A DNA stretch of 64,000 nucleotides, from the NCBI GenBank assembly GCA_963817035.1, contig CAWFMM010000003.1:759910-823909 (forward strand), given 5' to 3'. The DNA comes from an uncultured Actinomycetes bacterium (GTDB lineage: Bacteria > Actinomycetota > Thermoleophilia > Solirubrobacterales > Solirubrobacteraceae). Within the stretch, counting starts at the first letter, position 1, and each line of letters starts with the position of its first letter. The position numbers and the translations under genes were made by a program. The notes under the pieces are model-generated. The model was not told where the DNA came from and made no database searches. It was given only the letters and a program-made list of their open reading frames with translations. Positions 46,054 through 55,051 of this stretch are shown here, piece by piece.

Positions 46054-47094
46054 GTGAGCGTTGCCGCCACAGTCTCGCCCGGTCGGCCCCTGCGCGCCGG
46101 CGTCGTCGGCGCCGGGTCGATGGGCGCCCACCATGCCCGCGCGTACGCACTGCTCGGCGGTGCGGAGCTTGTCGGCGTCTATGACCTCGACCCGCGCCGC
46201 GCGTTGGACGTCGCCCAGCCGTTCGGCGCTCGCGCCTACCAGGAGCTCGAGGCGATGCTCGTCGACGTCGACGTCGTCACGATCGCCTCGCCGTCGCACC
46301 TGCACGTCGAGCACGCGCTGCTCGCGCTGCATCACCGCTGCGACGTCCTGATCGAGAAGCCGGTCGCGCTGACCGCGGCCAAGGTCCGGCTCTTGAAGCG
46401 CGCCGCCGCCCGCGATCCGCGCGGCCCGGTCGTCGCCGCCGGCCACATCGAGCACTTCAACCCCGCCGTCCGCGAGCTGCGCAAGCTGCTCGAGGGCCGC
46501 GAGATCCTCGGCATCGACTGCCGCCGTCTCGGCCCGGCGAGCACGCGCAATCAGGACATCGACGTCGTCCAGGATCTGATGCTCCACGACCTCCACATCG
46601 CGCTCGACCTCGCGGGGGCCTCGACCCCGGTACAGGTGCACGGGGCGGGGGTCGGCCTCGGCTCCAGCCCGACGCTCGAGTACGCAGTCGCGACCGTCGT
46701 CTTCGGTGGCGGGCTGGTCGGCACGTTCGGCGCGAGCCGCGCGACCGAGGAGCGCGTGCGCCGGATGAGCATCACCGCGACCGACGTGCACGTGACGGTG
46801 GACCTCGCGGCGCGCACGCTCGAGACCTGCCGTTCGACCGACCTTCACCCCGCCGGCGTGTCCGGTTCGGGCGTGCGCCAGGAGAGCCTGGTCGAGCGGA
46901 TCCACGTGCCCAGCGAGGAGCCGCTGCTGCTCCAGACCGCGGCGTTCCTCGAGGCCTGCGCTGAGCGGCACCCGCCGGTCGTCGGCCTCGACATCGCCGC
47001 GCGCTGCATGGATCTGGTCGATGACATCCGCGCCTGCGCACGCGGTGGCCGGGCGGTCGTCCCACGTCCGCAGTCCGTCGTCGTCGCGGCCTGA
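46054..47094 (+). CDS. Gfo/Idh/MocA-family oxidoreductase
   Basis: The 3' end of the spurious 1658-aa ORF. GTG 46054, with LRAGVVGAGSMGAHHARAY, VTIASPSHLHVEHAL and DVLIEKPVAL. Confidence 0.8.
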   Translation: MSVAATVSPGRPLRAGVVGAGSMGAHHARAYALLGGAELVGVYDLDPRRALDVAQPFGARAYQELEAMLVDVDVVTIASPSHLHVEHALLALHHRCDVLIEKPVALTAAKVRLLKRAAARDPRGPVVAAGHIEHFNPAVRELRKLLEGREILGIDCRRLGPASTRNQDIDVVQDLMLHDLHIALDLAGASTPVQVHGAGVGLGSSPTLEYAVATVVFGGGLVGTFGASRATEERVRRMSITATDVHVTVDLAARTLETCRSTDLHPAGVSGSGVRQESLVERIHVPSEEPLLLQTAAFLEACAERHPPVVGLDIAARCMDLVDDIRACARGGRAVVPRPQSVVVAA

Positions 47095-47095
47095 G

Positions 47096-48370
47096 ATGTC
47101 CGAGCTCCCGCTCGTCACGGTGGCGATCGTGACCCACCAGTTCGAGCAGTTCATCGAGCGTGCGATCGATTCGGCGTTGGCGATGGACTGGCCGGCGGAT
47201 CGGCTCGACGTGCTGATCATCGACGACGGCTCGACCGACTCGACGTCTGCGCTGGTTGCGGGGTACGGCGACCGCGTTCGCTACGTGCACAAGCCCAACG
47301 AGGGCGTCGTGGCAAGCGTGGCGCTGTCGTTTTCGATGTCGCGCGGGGATTTCATCGCGCCGCTGGCGGGTGACGACGAGTGCACGGTCGACCGGCTGCG
47401 CCGCCAGGTTCCGGTGCTGTTGGAGCGGCCCGAGGTCGGGCTGGTCTACGGCGACATGGAGCTGATCGATGCCGCGTCTCGCACGATCGCTCCATCATTT
47501 CGTGAGGCGATGGGTCTGGTCTGCCAGCAGGGCCGCTGCCTCGGTCCGCTGCTGAGCCGCAACTCGGTCTCGGGCGGGGCAGCGCTGATTCGTTCTTCGA
47601 TGCTTGCTCATGTGCTGCCGATGCCGCCCGAGGCGGTGTGGGAGGACTGGTGGACGGCGCTGAAGGTTGCCGAGGTGGCGGAGATCGCCTACCTCGACGA
47701 GCCGATCTACCGCTACCGCCATCACGGGCGCAACATGAATCTCGGTGCGCCGCCGGAGAAGGTCGTCGGGTTGCTGCGCCGCGAGCTGCCGTTCCGGCGC
47801 TGGCTGATGCGCGGCGAGGCGGTGTCGTTGACGACCGTACCCCGCTCGGACCTGCGCGCTGCGGTGATGACCTTCGACGACCAGGCCGCAAGCGTCGCGA
47901 CGTCGACCGGCGAGTGGCTGCACGACCTGCTCGAGATCACCGACCGCGACCGCCATCGCGCGGACGCGGCGTTCGCCGCCGACGACCCGCTGCGCGCACT
48001 GTCGTTCGATCCCGGCCACGCCGGTGCTCGGGCGGCGTTCGACATCGTCCAGGCGACGCCGCCTCCGATCGCCGCGCCCGGCGTCGTGACCGTCGCACTG
48101 GTGAACGACGTCATCGCGCAGCCCGATCTGTTCGCCTCCTACGAACGCTCGGGCTGTCGCGACGGCGCCGCGACACTCGTGCTGTACGCGCCGGGACGGC
48201 GTGCCGCGGACGTCCAGGCCGAGCTCCTCGCCGCCATCCCCCGCCTGGCCGACGACGACGCCCCCGACGTCCTGCTCTACGCCGTCCCGCCAATGTGGGC
48301 GACCGAACGGGCGCTGCTCGACCGCGCCACGCGCGTCCTGCGCGCCGAGCCCATCGCGCTCGCGGCGTAG
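47096..48370 (+). CDS. glycosyltransferase family 2 with a roughly 200-aa C-terminal extension of unknown function
   Basis: ATG 47096, 1 nt after the oxidoreductase stop: MSELPLVTVAIVTHQFEQFIERAIDSALAMDW..LIIDDGSTDST..PLAGDDE. Confidence 0.85.
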   Translation: MSELPLVTVAIVTHQFEQFIERAIDSALAMDWPADRLDVLIIDDGSTDSTSALVAGYGDRVRYVHKPNEGVVASVALSFSMSRGDFIAPLAGDDECTVDRLRRQVPVLLERPEVGLVYGDMELIDAASRTIAPSFREAMGLVCQQGRCLGPLLSRNSVSGGAALIRSSMLAHVLPMPPEAVWEDWWTALKVAEVAEIAYLDEPIYRYRHHGRNMNLGAPPEKVVGLLRRELPFRRWLMRGEAVSLTTVPRSDLRAAVMTFDDQAASVATSTGEWLHDLLEITDRDRHRADAAFAADDPLRALSFDPGHAGARAAFDIVQATPPPIAAPGVVTVALVNDVIAQPDLFASYERSGCRDGAATLVLYAPGRRAADVQAELLAAIPRLADDDAPDVLLYAVPPMWATERALLDRATRVLRAEPIALAA

Positions 48371-48380
48371 CACCGAGTGT

Positions 48381-48422
48381 CCACCACAGGGGTCAGACCC
48401 CTTGAGTGGTGCGCACTGAGAT
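48381..48422. repeat. REP-like intergenic palindromic element, copy 2
   Basis: CCACCACAGGGGTCAGACCCCTTGAGTGG plus a tail. About 85% identical over about 42 nt to 5915..5956. Confidence 0.6.
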
Positions 48423-48436
48423 TTGTTGCGTCCGCG

Positions 48437-48464
48437 CGCAGGAAGGGGTCTGACCCCTTGTGCG
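48437..48464. repeat. REP-like palindromic element, copy 3 (same core, different outer stem)
   Basis: CGCAGGAAGGGGTCTGACCCCTTGTGCG. The core AAGGGGTC(A/T)GACCCCTT is shared. Confidence 0.5.
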
Positions 48465-48466
48465 GC

Positions 48467-49252
48467 TCAGGCGGCGGCGCGGCGCGGCTGGCGGGCGGGG
48501 CGCAGTTCGCGCGCGGCGGCCATGACGCGGAAGTGCAGCCGGGCGATGCGCTGCTGGGCTTCAGGCGGGAAGACGTCGGCGAAGTGGGACATCCAGGGGT
48601 GACCGGTGGAGGAGTCGAGGTGGATCAAGTGGGTGACCGGGCCGCCGACGCGGCCGTCGGCGAGGACGACGGCGGCGGGCGGGATGGTGCCCTTGGGCTT
48701 GGCGCCCGAGGCGACGAACGCCCCGTAGCCAATGTCGCAGCCGGGCATGACGATCGTGTTCGTGCAGATCACGGCGCCGTCGCCGACGATCGCCGGCTCA
48801 CAGACGCGGCTCGGCGGCAGCGGGTCGTTGGTGAAGACGCATTTGGGGAAGATCCAGACGAAGTCGCCGATCTCGGTCCCGCAGCCGAAGACCGAATAGC
48901 CCTGGATGCGCGCGTAGTCGCCGATCGTCAGGTCACCCTCGAGCGCGGTCTGGGTCCCGATCCGGGCGTTGACCCCGATCCGGCACCCCGCGCGGATCAG
49001 CACCTGATGGCCGGTCTCCAGACCGGCGCCGATCGTCGATCCCTCGTAGAGGACGCTGTGCGAGCGGATCGTCGAGTTCGCGCCGATGACCAGCGGCCGA
49101 TCGTGCCCGCACGACTGCCCGACGACACAGTGGTCGCCGATCTTCGTGCCGTCCTCGATGACGACGTTGGGCCCGACGACGCTGAAGCGCCCGATCTCTA
49201 CATTGGCGGCAATCCGCGCCGCCGGGTCGATGTACGACTCGCCCGGTGGCAT
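48467..49252 (-). CDS. left-handed beta-helix (hexapeptide-repeat) acyltransferase
   Basis: 261 aa with repeated [LIV]-G-x4 hexapeptides (IAANVEIGRFSVVGPNVVIEDGTKIGDHCVVG..). The C-terminal 60 aa are non-repeat. Confidence 0.85.
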   Translation of the reverse strand: MPPGESYIDPAARIAANVEIGRFSVVGPNVVIEDGTKIGDHCVVGQSCGHDRPLVIGANSTIRSHSVLYEGSTIGAGLETGHQVLIRAGCRIGVNARIGTQTALEGDLTIGDYARIQGYSVFGCGTEIGDFVWIFPKCVFTNDPLPPSRVCEPAIVGDGAVICTNTIVMPGCDIGYGAFVASGAKPKGTIPPAAVVLADGRVGGPVTHLIHLDSSTGHPWMSHFADVFPPEAQQRIARLHFRVMAAARELRPARQPRRAAA

Positions 49253-49298
49253 GTAGTCCAGTGGTCGGCGTCACGGCGATCGACTTGAGTTGTGGAGC

Positions 49299-50522
49299 TC
49301 AGGCGACGGCTTCGACGGTGACCGCCCGCGTCAACTCGTCGAGCAGGTCCATGCCGTCCCAGCGGTGGGAGAAGCGCAGGGCTCCTCCGAGCGCGACGAT
49401 GCGATCGAGGCCGCGGCCGGCGGCGGCGGCGAGTAGCGCATCGATCTCTGCAGTCCCGAAGCCGTGGACGACGAGCGTCTGGTCGTGGCGGCAGAGAAGC
49501 GGGCCGAGAGCGGCGAGCGTCGGAAGCGAGGCTTCGAGCAGAAGGCCGGGGGCGCTGATATCGCGCGGCAGCGGCTCCAGCGACGACAGCGAGACGACGT
49601 GCAGCTCGTTGGAGAGCCGGCGCACGCGGCGCACCGGACGATCGACGGCGACCCCGGCGACGGTGGCGAACTTGCCCGTCACCGCGGCGGTCGGCAGCTC
49701 ATACCCGCGGCGCTCGACCGCGGCCTGCAAACGCTCCATGAGGTCGTCCGACGCCGCGTCGGCTTCGTCGCCGCACCAGACGATCAGCCGTGGCGACGAG
49801 CAGCCCTGCTGGTCGAAGAAGAAGACGTCGGCGAACAGGCGCTCGGCGAGGCCCGTGCGGTCCGCCGCGGTGGTCGCCAGCCACGCGCCGGAGTCGATCG
49901 CCGCGAGCGAGAAGCGATCGCCGAACCCGATGTCGCGGGCGTGCGGCGCCAACGGCGCCTGGCGGATGGCGGCCACCGTGGCGTCGCCGCCCCAGACCAT
50001 TCGCACGTCGCACGCGGCCGACAGCTCAAGCGTCGGCTCGGGCTCGTGGCCGTAGGCGACGACGGCCAACCCAGTCCGCAGCGCATCGAACCGTGGCTCC
50101 GAAGCAACGGCGTCGCCGAGCGCTTCCCAGAGGATCTCGGCCACCGGCCCGCGTGTCGGCGAGACCCGCACGACGTTCGTGTTGCCCGACAGCAGCGACA
50201 GCGCCAGCGAGTACATCGCCATCGTCTCGACGTTCGACGGCGGGACATGGAAGGCGAGGCCGCGAGCGACGCGACGCACCCCCACCGACGGCGACGGAGC
50301 CAGGCGCCGCAGCGACGCCGGCCGCAGCCAGAACGCCAGCGCCCCGAGCTCGGGATGCGCGCGGGCGTGCGGCGTCAGGCGCTTGGCCAGCGCGTCGCAC
50401 AGGGCCAGCGCGTCGTCGGAGAACGGCGCACGGCGCGGCGCAGCGGCGAGCGCGGTGAGCACGTCGGCGATCACGACGGACGACGCGGGCTCGGGCAACA
50501 GCTGTTCTCCGCGTGCGCTCAC
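49299..50522 (-). CDS. LuxC-like acyl-CoA/acyl-ACP reductase
   Basis: ORF 49299..50621 trimmed to GTG 50522, with GTGA overlap to the LuxE-like stop. FFFDQQGCSSPRLIVW contains the catalytic Cys context. HVPPSNVETMAMYSLALSLLSGNTNVVRVS also seen. Confidence 0.75.
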   Translation of the reverse strand: MSARGEQLLPEPASSVVIADVLTALAAAPRRAPFSDDALALCDALAKRLTPHARAHPELGALAFWLRPASLRRLAPSPSVGVRRVARGLAFHVPPSNVETMAMYSLALSLLSGNTNVVRVSPTRGPVAEILWEALGDAVASEPRFDALRTGLAVVAYGHEPEPTLELSAACDVRMVWGGDATVAAIRQAPLAPHARDIGFGDRFSLAAIDSGAWLATTAADRTGLAERLFADVFFFDQQGCSSPRLIVWCGDEADAASDDLMERLQAAVERRGYELPTAAVTGKFATVAGVAVDRPVRRVRRLSNELHVVSLSSLEPLPRDISAPGLLLEASLPTLAALGPLLCRHDQTLVVHGFGTAEIDALLAAAAGRGLDRIVALGGALRFSHRWDGMDLLDELTRAVTVEAVA

Positions 50523-51583
50523 GCCGCCACCGCCGCGGCGACGTCGCTGCACCCGCGCAGCTCCGCCTGCGCCAGGCGTCCGTGCACCGCAATCCCAGCC
50601 CCGCGCCAACCACACGCGCACCCGTCGCGCACGACGACGGTGCCGCGGTCCTCGGTCAGGATCGCGTGGCCCGGATACGACGTCGGCAGCGCGCTCAGCA
50701 CCTCGATCACGCCCTCGAATCCGTCGGGCACAGCCGCCCAGGTCACCGGGTCACGAACGATCACGTCAGCGTGGTTCGGCGCGTGCAGGAGCCCACATTC
50801 GCCCTGCGGAAAGACCGAGCCGATCTGCTCGACCATGCCGTAGTAGTCACACACGCGCTCGATCCCGCACGACGCGCGCAGCGTCCCGGCGAACACCTCG
50901 CGCGACACCGCCTGCGCGGCGAGCGACTTCCAGCCGCCGCCGTGAACGAGCACCGCGCCGGGCAGCGAGATGCCGAGCGTACGCAGGTGCGCCCAGACCA
51001 TGAACGTGAAGCCGAACACGAACAGCGGCTCGCCGGAGTGCTTCGCCAGCCACTCGGCCAACTCAGCCGAGCGCACCTGCATATCGGCATCGAGCAGATA
51101 GAAGTGATCGCGCCCGAAGATCGACATCCCGAGGATCCCCGCGGCCCGTGCGTTGAGGCGCCGCCGGTCGGCGACGGTCTCGCGCGCGTCGACGATCAGC
51201 ATCGGTCGGCGTTGCTTGCCGAGCACGGCGCCCATCGTCGCGGCGAGGGCCCGCGTCTGGCGCGCGGTCGACTCCGAGTCGAGCAGGATCCGGCTTGGCG
51301 ACTGGCCGCTCGTCCCGCTCGAGGTCAGCGTCTTGACGACCGCGTCGGCGGGAACCGAGACAAGCTCGTGGGTCTTGAACAGGCCGACCGGCAGCCACGG
51401 CACGTCGACCGCCCGCGACGGCACGCCGGCCCGGGGCCACAGCGCGTCGAGGACCCGCGCGTAGGGCGGGCACGCGGCGCGGTGGTGCTCGACCAGTCCG
51501 CCCAGCGCCCGGCCCAGCAGCAGCTCCTTCTCCTCACCGCCGAGCGAGAACGGCTCGGCGCGCAGGAGCTCGTCAGGCGGCAT
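50519..51583 (-). CDS. LuxE-like acyl-protein synthetase / adenylate-forming enzyme
   Basis: ORF 50519..51676 trimmed to M32 (MPPDELLRAEPFSLGGEEKELLL). Also LTSSGTSGQSPSRILLD and VLVHGGGWKSL. Confidence 0.75.
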   Translation of the reverse strand: MPPDELLRAEPFSLGGEEKELLLGRALGGLVEHHRAACPPYARVLDALWPRAGVPSRAVDVPWLPVGLFKTHELVSVPADAVVKTLTSSGTSGQSPSRILLDSESTARQTRALAATMGAVLGKQRRPMLIVDARETVADRRRLNARAAGILGMSIFGRDHFYLLDADMQVRSAELAEWLAKHSGEPLFVFGFTFMVWAHLRTLGISLPGAVLVHGGGWKSLAAQAVSREVFAGTLRASCGIERVCDYYGMVEQIGSVFPQGECGLLHAPNHADVIVRDPVTWAAVPDGFEGVIEVLSALPTSYPGHAILTEDRGTVVVRDGCACGWRGAGIAVHGRLAQAELRGCSDVAAAVAA

Positions 51584-52922
51584 CTCGCAGGTCCTCGGTC
51601 CGATCGTCGTCCTCGAGCTCGAGTGCCAGCGCCGCGTAGTCGATCTTGCCCGCCGCCGTCGTCGGCAGACGGTCAATCCCGCGCACGACGAACGAGCGGC
51701 CGCGCAGCGTCAGGCCGCCGGCCAACGCGGCCCGGGCGTCGACCTCGGCGCCTTCGACGAACACGATGATCTGATCCTCGCCGTGCTCCAGCGCGGCCGC
51801 CGGGCCGACCGACCGCACCAGCGCCTCGACCTCGTCGAGGTTCACGCGCAGGCCGTTGATCTTGGCGATCCGCTTGAGGCGCCCGGTGACGAAGAAGCAG
51901 CCATCGTCGTCGATGCGCCCGAGGTCGCCGGTCCGCAGGACGCCGCCGAGATCGTCGCCGCGCGCGAGATCCTCAGCCGTGTCGGCGTAGCCCATCATCA
52001 CGTTGGGTCCGGTGTAGACCAGCTCGCCGTCGTCGACCGACAGCGCGCCACCGGGGATCGCCACGCCGATCGCGCCCGGCTTGTCCCCGAGCTCCTCGGG
52101 CGGCACATAGGCGATCCGCGCGCACGCTTCGGTCTGGCCGTACATGACGACCAGCCGCGCGCCGCGCCCGTCGAGCTCGTCGGCGACCGACCGCACGAGC
52201 TCGGGGTCCATTCGCCCGCCCGCCTGGGTCATCGTCCGCAGGCCGCGCAGCCGGCGTGAACGCCAGTCGACGCGCTCCATCAGCGAGTACGAATAGGGAA
52301 CGCCGGACAGTGAGGTGCAGCCGTGGCGCTCGAACGCGTCCCAGAACTCGGGGCGCAGCACGCCGGCGCGGGGCAGGACGACGGAGCCACCGGCGACGAG
52401 GTGCGAGTTGAGGATCGAGAGCCCGTACGAGTAACCGAAGGGCAGCGAGACGAGGGCGCGCTCGCCTTCGTCGAGCGCGAGGTACTCAGCAATCGAGCGC
52501 GCGTTGGCGAGCATCGCCGCGGCCGACAGGCGCACGAGCTTCGGCGAGCCGGTGGTGCCCGAGGTCGAGAGCAGGACCGAGAGGTCAGGGTGGATCGGCG
52601 GGCGCGCGGCGGAATGCGACTCACCGGCGTCGACGAGCTCGTTGTCGAACATCACGAAGCGCGGCACGTAGCGGCGTTCGATCTCGGCCGTGTCGCCGTC
52701 GGCGAGCAGGACCGCGTGGCCGGCGGCAAGCGCGGCGAGGTAGGCGGTGACGGTCGCCGGGGTCAGCGCGGCGCGGACGAGGACGAGCTCCTTGTGGTCG
52801 GAGTGCAGCAGCTCGGCCGTCTCGCGGGCGCCGGAATGCAACTGGGCGTGCGTCCAGACGTTGGCGGTCGCGTCGTCGATCAGCGCAGGCGTCGTACGGG
52901 TCGGGTCGATCAGTTCGAGCAT
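51573..52922 (-). CDS. AMP-dependent synthetase/ligase (adenylation enzyme)
   Basis: 449 aa with LLSTSGTTGSPKLV, MYGQTEA, LRTGDLG and AGKIDY. Confidence 0.9.
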   Translation of the reverse strand: MLELIDPTRTTPALIDDATANVWTHAQLHSGARETAELLHSDHKELVLVRAALTPATVTAYLAALAAGHAVLLADGDTAEIERRYVPRFVMFDNELVDAGESHSAARPPIHPDLSVLLSTSGTTGSPKLVRLSAAAMLANARSIAEYLALDEGERALVSLPFGYSYGLSILNSHLVAGGSVVLPRAGVLRPEFWDAFERHGCTSLSGVPYSYSLMERVDWRSRRLRGLRTMTQAGGRMDPELVRSVADELDGRGARLVVMYGQTEACARIAYVPPEELGDKPGAIGVAIPGGALSVDDGELVYTGPNVMMGYADTAEDLARGDDLGGVLRTGDLGRIDDDGCFFVTGRLKRIAKINGLRVNLDEVEALVRSVGPAAALEHGEDQIIVFVEGAEVDARAALAGGLTLRGRSFVVRGIDRLPTTAAGKIDYAALALELEDDDRTEDLRDAA

Positions 52923-52925
52923 CGC

Positions 52926-53666
52926 TCAGACCACCATCCCGCCATCGACGCCGAGGATCTGCCCCGTTACATAGGACGAGCGGTCGGAAGCCAGCCACAC
53001 GATCGCCTCGGCGACCTCGGCTGGGTCGGCCAGGCGCCCGAGGCCGACGGCGGCGACGCGGGCCGCCAGCACGTCGGCCGGGAGCCCTGCGAGCAGTTCG
53101 GTGTCGACCAGCCCCGGAGCGACGGCGTTGACGCGCACGGCCGGCGCGAGCTCCTGGGCCGCGGCGCGGGTCATGCCGATCACCGACGCCTTGGCCGCGG
53201 CGTAGGCAGTCTGGCCGGGCGCCCCGGCGACGCCGACGATCGAGGAGACGTTGACGATCGCGCCACTGTCGGAGCGCTTCATCAGCCGCGACGCGCCCTG
53301 GAGGACGTTGAGCGCCCCGATCGCGTTGACCGCAAAGGTGTGCTGGAGCGCGTCGGCGGCGATCATGCCGAGCAGGCCCTGGTCCATGACGCCGGCGTTG
53401 TTGACGAGCACGTCGAGGCGCTTGTGGCGATCGAAGATCTCACGCATCGCGGTGGCGACCGCCGCCGCGTCGGCGACGTCGAAGGCCAGCGCCTCATGCG
53501 CGGCGCCCGACGGCGACGGCAGCTCGAGCGCGCGGGCCTCGGCGCGCGCGGTGTCGCGGCCATTGACGATCACGATCGCGCCCCGCTCGGCGAGCTGCTG
53601 CGCGACGGCCCAGCCGATTCCCCGAGTCGAACCGGTCACGAGCGCGACGCGCCCGTCGAAGCTCAT
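52926..53666 (-). CDS. SDR, 3-oxoacyl-ACP reductase (FabG)-like
   Basis: 246 aa with TGSTRGIG, NNAG, YAAAKASV and a C-terminal GQILGVDGGM. Confidence 0.9.
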   Translation of the reverse strand: MSFDGRVALVTGSTRGIGWAVAQQLAERGAIVIVNGRDTARAEARALELPSPSGAAHEALAFDVADAAAVATAMREIFDRHKRLDVLVNNAGVMDQGLLGMIAADALQHTFAVNAIGALNVLQGASRLMKRSDSGAIVNVSSIVGVAGAPGQTAYAAAKASVIGMTRAAAQELAPAVRVNAVAPGLVDTELLAGLPADVLAARVAAVGLGRLADPAEVAEAIVWLASDRSSYVTGQILGVDGGMVV

Positions 53667-53896
53667 GGGGTGACGCCGTGGCGCGCCAGGATCTCGACCG
53701 CAGCGTCGTAGCTCGAGAGCCCGATGATGTCGTCGGTGTCGAGCATCAGCCCGTAGGCGTCCTCGATCTCGGCGACGAGCGCCATGTGACCGACCGAATC
53801 CCAGTGCTCGTGCGCACCGTAGGCGAGCACGCGAACGTCGAGGTCGGTCGGCAGCTCGAGCGCGCTCGAGAAAGCGGTGGTGAGGGTGTCGGACAT
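53663..53896 (-). CDS. acyl carrier protein
   Basis: ORF 53663..53959 trimmed to M22 (MSDTLTTAFSSALELP..HWDSVGHMALVAEIEDAYG). A DS(V/L) phosphopantetheine site is present. ATGA overlap with the FabG-like gene. Confidence 0.8.
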   Translation of the reverse strand: MSDTLTTAFSSALELPTDLDVRVLAYGAHEHWDSVGHMALVAEIEDAYGLMLDTDDIIGLSSYDAAVEILARHGVTP

Positions 53897-54012
53897 GGCG
53901 GCGGGGAAAACGCGGGCGGACGCAGGGACGCCCACACCCCGGGTAGTCGGTCGCGTCAAGCGGTTGCTTTAGGGCGATTCAACCGCGGCGTCACCCCGCC
54001 GATTGAACGGGT

Positions 54013-54654
54013 GTGATCGGGTTTGCCGCCTGCGTGGGATCGCCGGACAAGCTGGCCGCCTTTGGCGCGCCGGGGCTCAAGCTCGCCATGGAGCCCGACT
54101 CGGTCTTCGCGGAGCTGACGACGACCACGTCGATCCACAAGGCCTACAACGAGGCGCTCGAGCACTTCGCCGCCTACGACGACCTCGAGGCGCTCGTCCT
54201 CCTGCACGAGGACACCGAGATCCTCGACGCCGGCTTCTGCGACAAGGTCCGCGAGGCGCTCAGCGACCCCGACGTCGCGATCGTCGGCCCGGTCGGTGCG
54301 CGCAACGTGCCCTCACTCGCCTGGTGGGAGGGCGAGATCGCCGGTTCGGTCGCCGAGACCCGCGGCACGATCGCCGGCGACGCGTCAAACCCTGACGTCG
54401 ACGCCCTCGACGGGCTGATGCTCGTCCTCTCCCCGTGGGCCGTGCGCAACCTGCGCTGCGACACCGCCGCCTTCTCCGGCTTCCACGCCTACGACCTCGA
54501 CCTCTGCTTCCAGGCCCGCGCCGCCGGCCGCGCGGTCCGCATCGCCCCGCTCACCGTCTTTCACCACACCAAGGGCGGCTTCGGCGACGAGACGCTGTGG
54601 CGAAACGCCGACGCGGCGTTTCGCGCGAAGTGGCCGCTCGCCGAAGCAGCCTAG
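54013..54654 (+). CDS. glycosyltransferase-like protein (GT-A, Glyco_tranf_2_5-like)
   Basis: 213 aa (GTG start) with LVLLHEDTEILD, DALDGLMLVLSPWAV and FSGFHAYDLDLCFQARAAG. Confidence 0.6.
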   Translation: MIGFAACVGSPDKLAAFGAPGLKLAMEPDSVFAELTTTTSIHKAYNEALEHFAAYDDLEALVLLHEDTEILDAGFCDKVREALSDPDVAIVGPVGARNVPSLAWWEGEIAGSVAETRGTIAGDASNPDVDALDGLMLVLSPWAVRNLRCDTAAFSGFHAYDLDLCFQARAAGRAVRIAPLTVFHHTKGGFGDETLWRNADAAFRAKWPLAEAA

Positions 54655-55034
54655 TCGGTCCAGAAGTCGTGCACGAGCTCCCCGTCGCCCTTGTGACGCG
54701 GGCCGAAGACGAGCCACTCGAGTCCCTCGGGGCCGGCCTCGAAGCAGCGCGTGACCTTGGGGGCGATGCGGATCGCGTCCATCGTGTCGATGTCGCGGAT
54801 CTCGTCGTCGAGGCGCACCTTGCCGCTGCCCGAGAGGATGACGTTGATCTCCTCGGCATCCTGGTGGCGGTGGCCGAACCCCTGGCGCTTTCCGGGGCGC
54901 AGCACGTGGTAGGCGAGGCCGGTGTCCTGCGCATCGACGTCCTCGCCGGCGAAGCGCGCGGACCCCTTGTCGCCGAAGCCGTACTTCGGGGCCGAGTCCT
55001 CGACGTTGTTGAGATTGGTGATCGTGTAGCTCAT
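54651..55034 (-). CDS. cupin domain protein (paralog of 13083..13469)
   Basis: ORF 54651..55403 trimmed to M124 (MSYTITNLNNVEDSAPKYGF). Also GFGHRHQDAEEINVILSGSG and GDGELVHDFWTD. Confidence 0.85.
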   Translation of the reverse strand: MSYTITNLNNVEDSAPKYGFGDKGSARFAGEDVDAQDTGLAYHVLRPGKRQGFGHRHQDAEEINVILSGSGKVRLDDEIRDIDTMDAIRIAPKVTRCFEAGPEGLEWLVFGPRHKGDGELVHDFWTD

Positions 55035-55051
55035 GGGTGGCACGCTACCCA

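Noticed and set aside
42118-47094. 1658-aa plus-strand ORF, the longest in the track
   Set aside because: It is antisense to five well-supported minus-strand genes (ComA, the LytR_C protein, the CapD-like gene and others). Composition is Arg/Asp/Gly/Ala-rich with no motifs. Only its last 346 codons (46054-47094, the Gfo/Idh/MocA oxidoreductase) look real. This is a typical high-GC open antisense frame.
49299-51583. LuxC/LuxE homologs as evidence for a bioluminescence (lux) operon
   Set aside because: There are no luxA/luxB luciferase or luxD genes. The context is sugar tailoring (ACP, ligase, acyltransferase, DegT), matching the known non-luminous use of these families.
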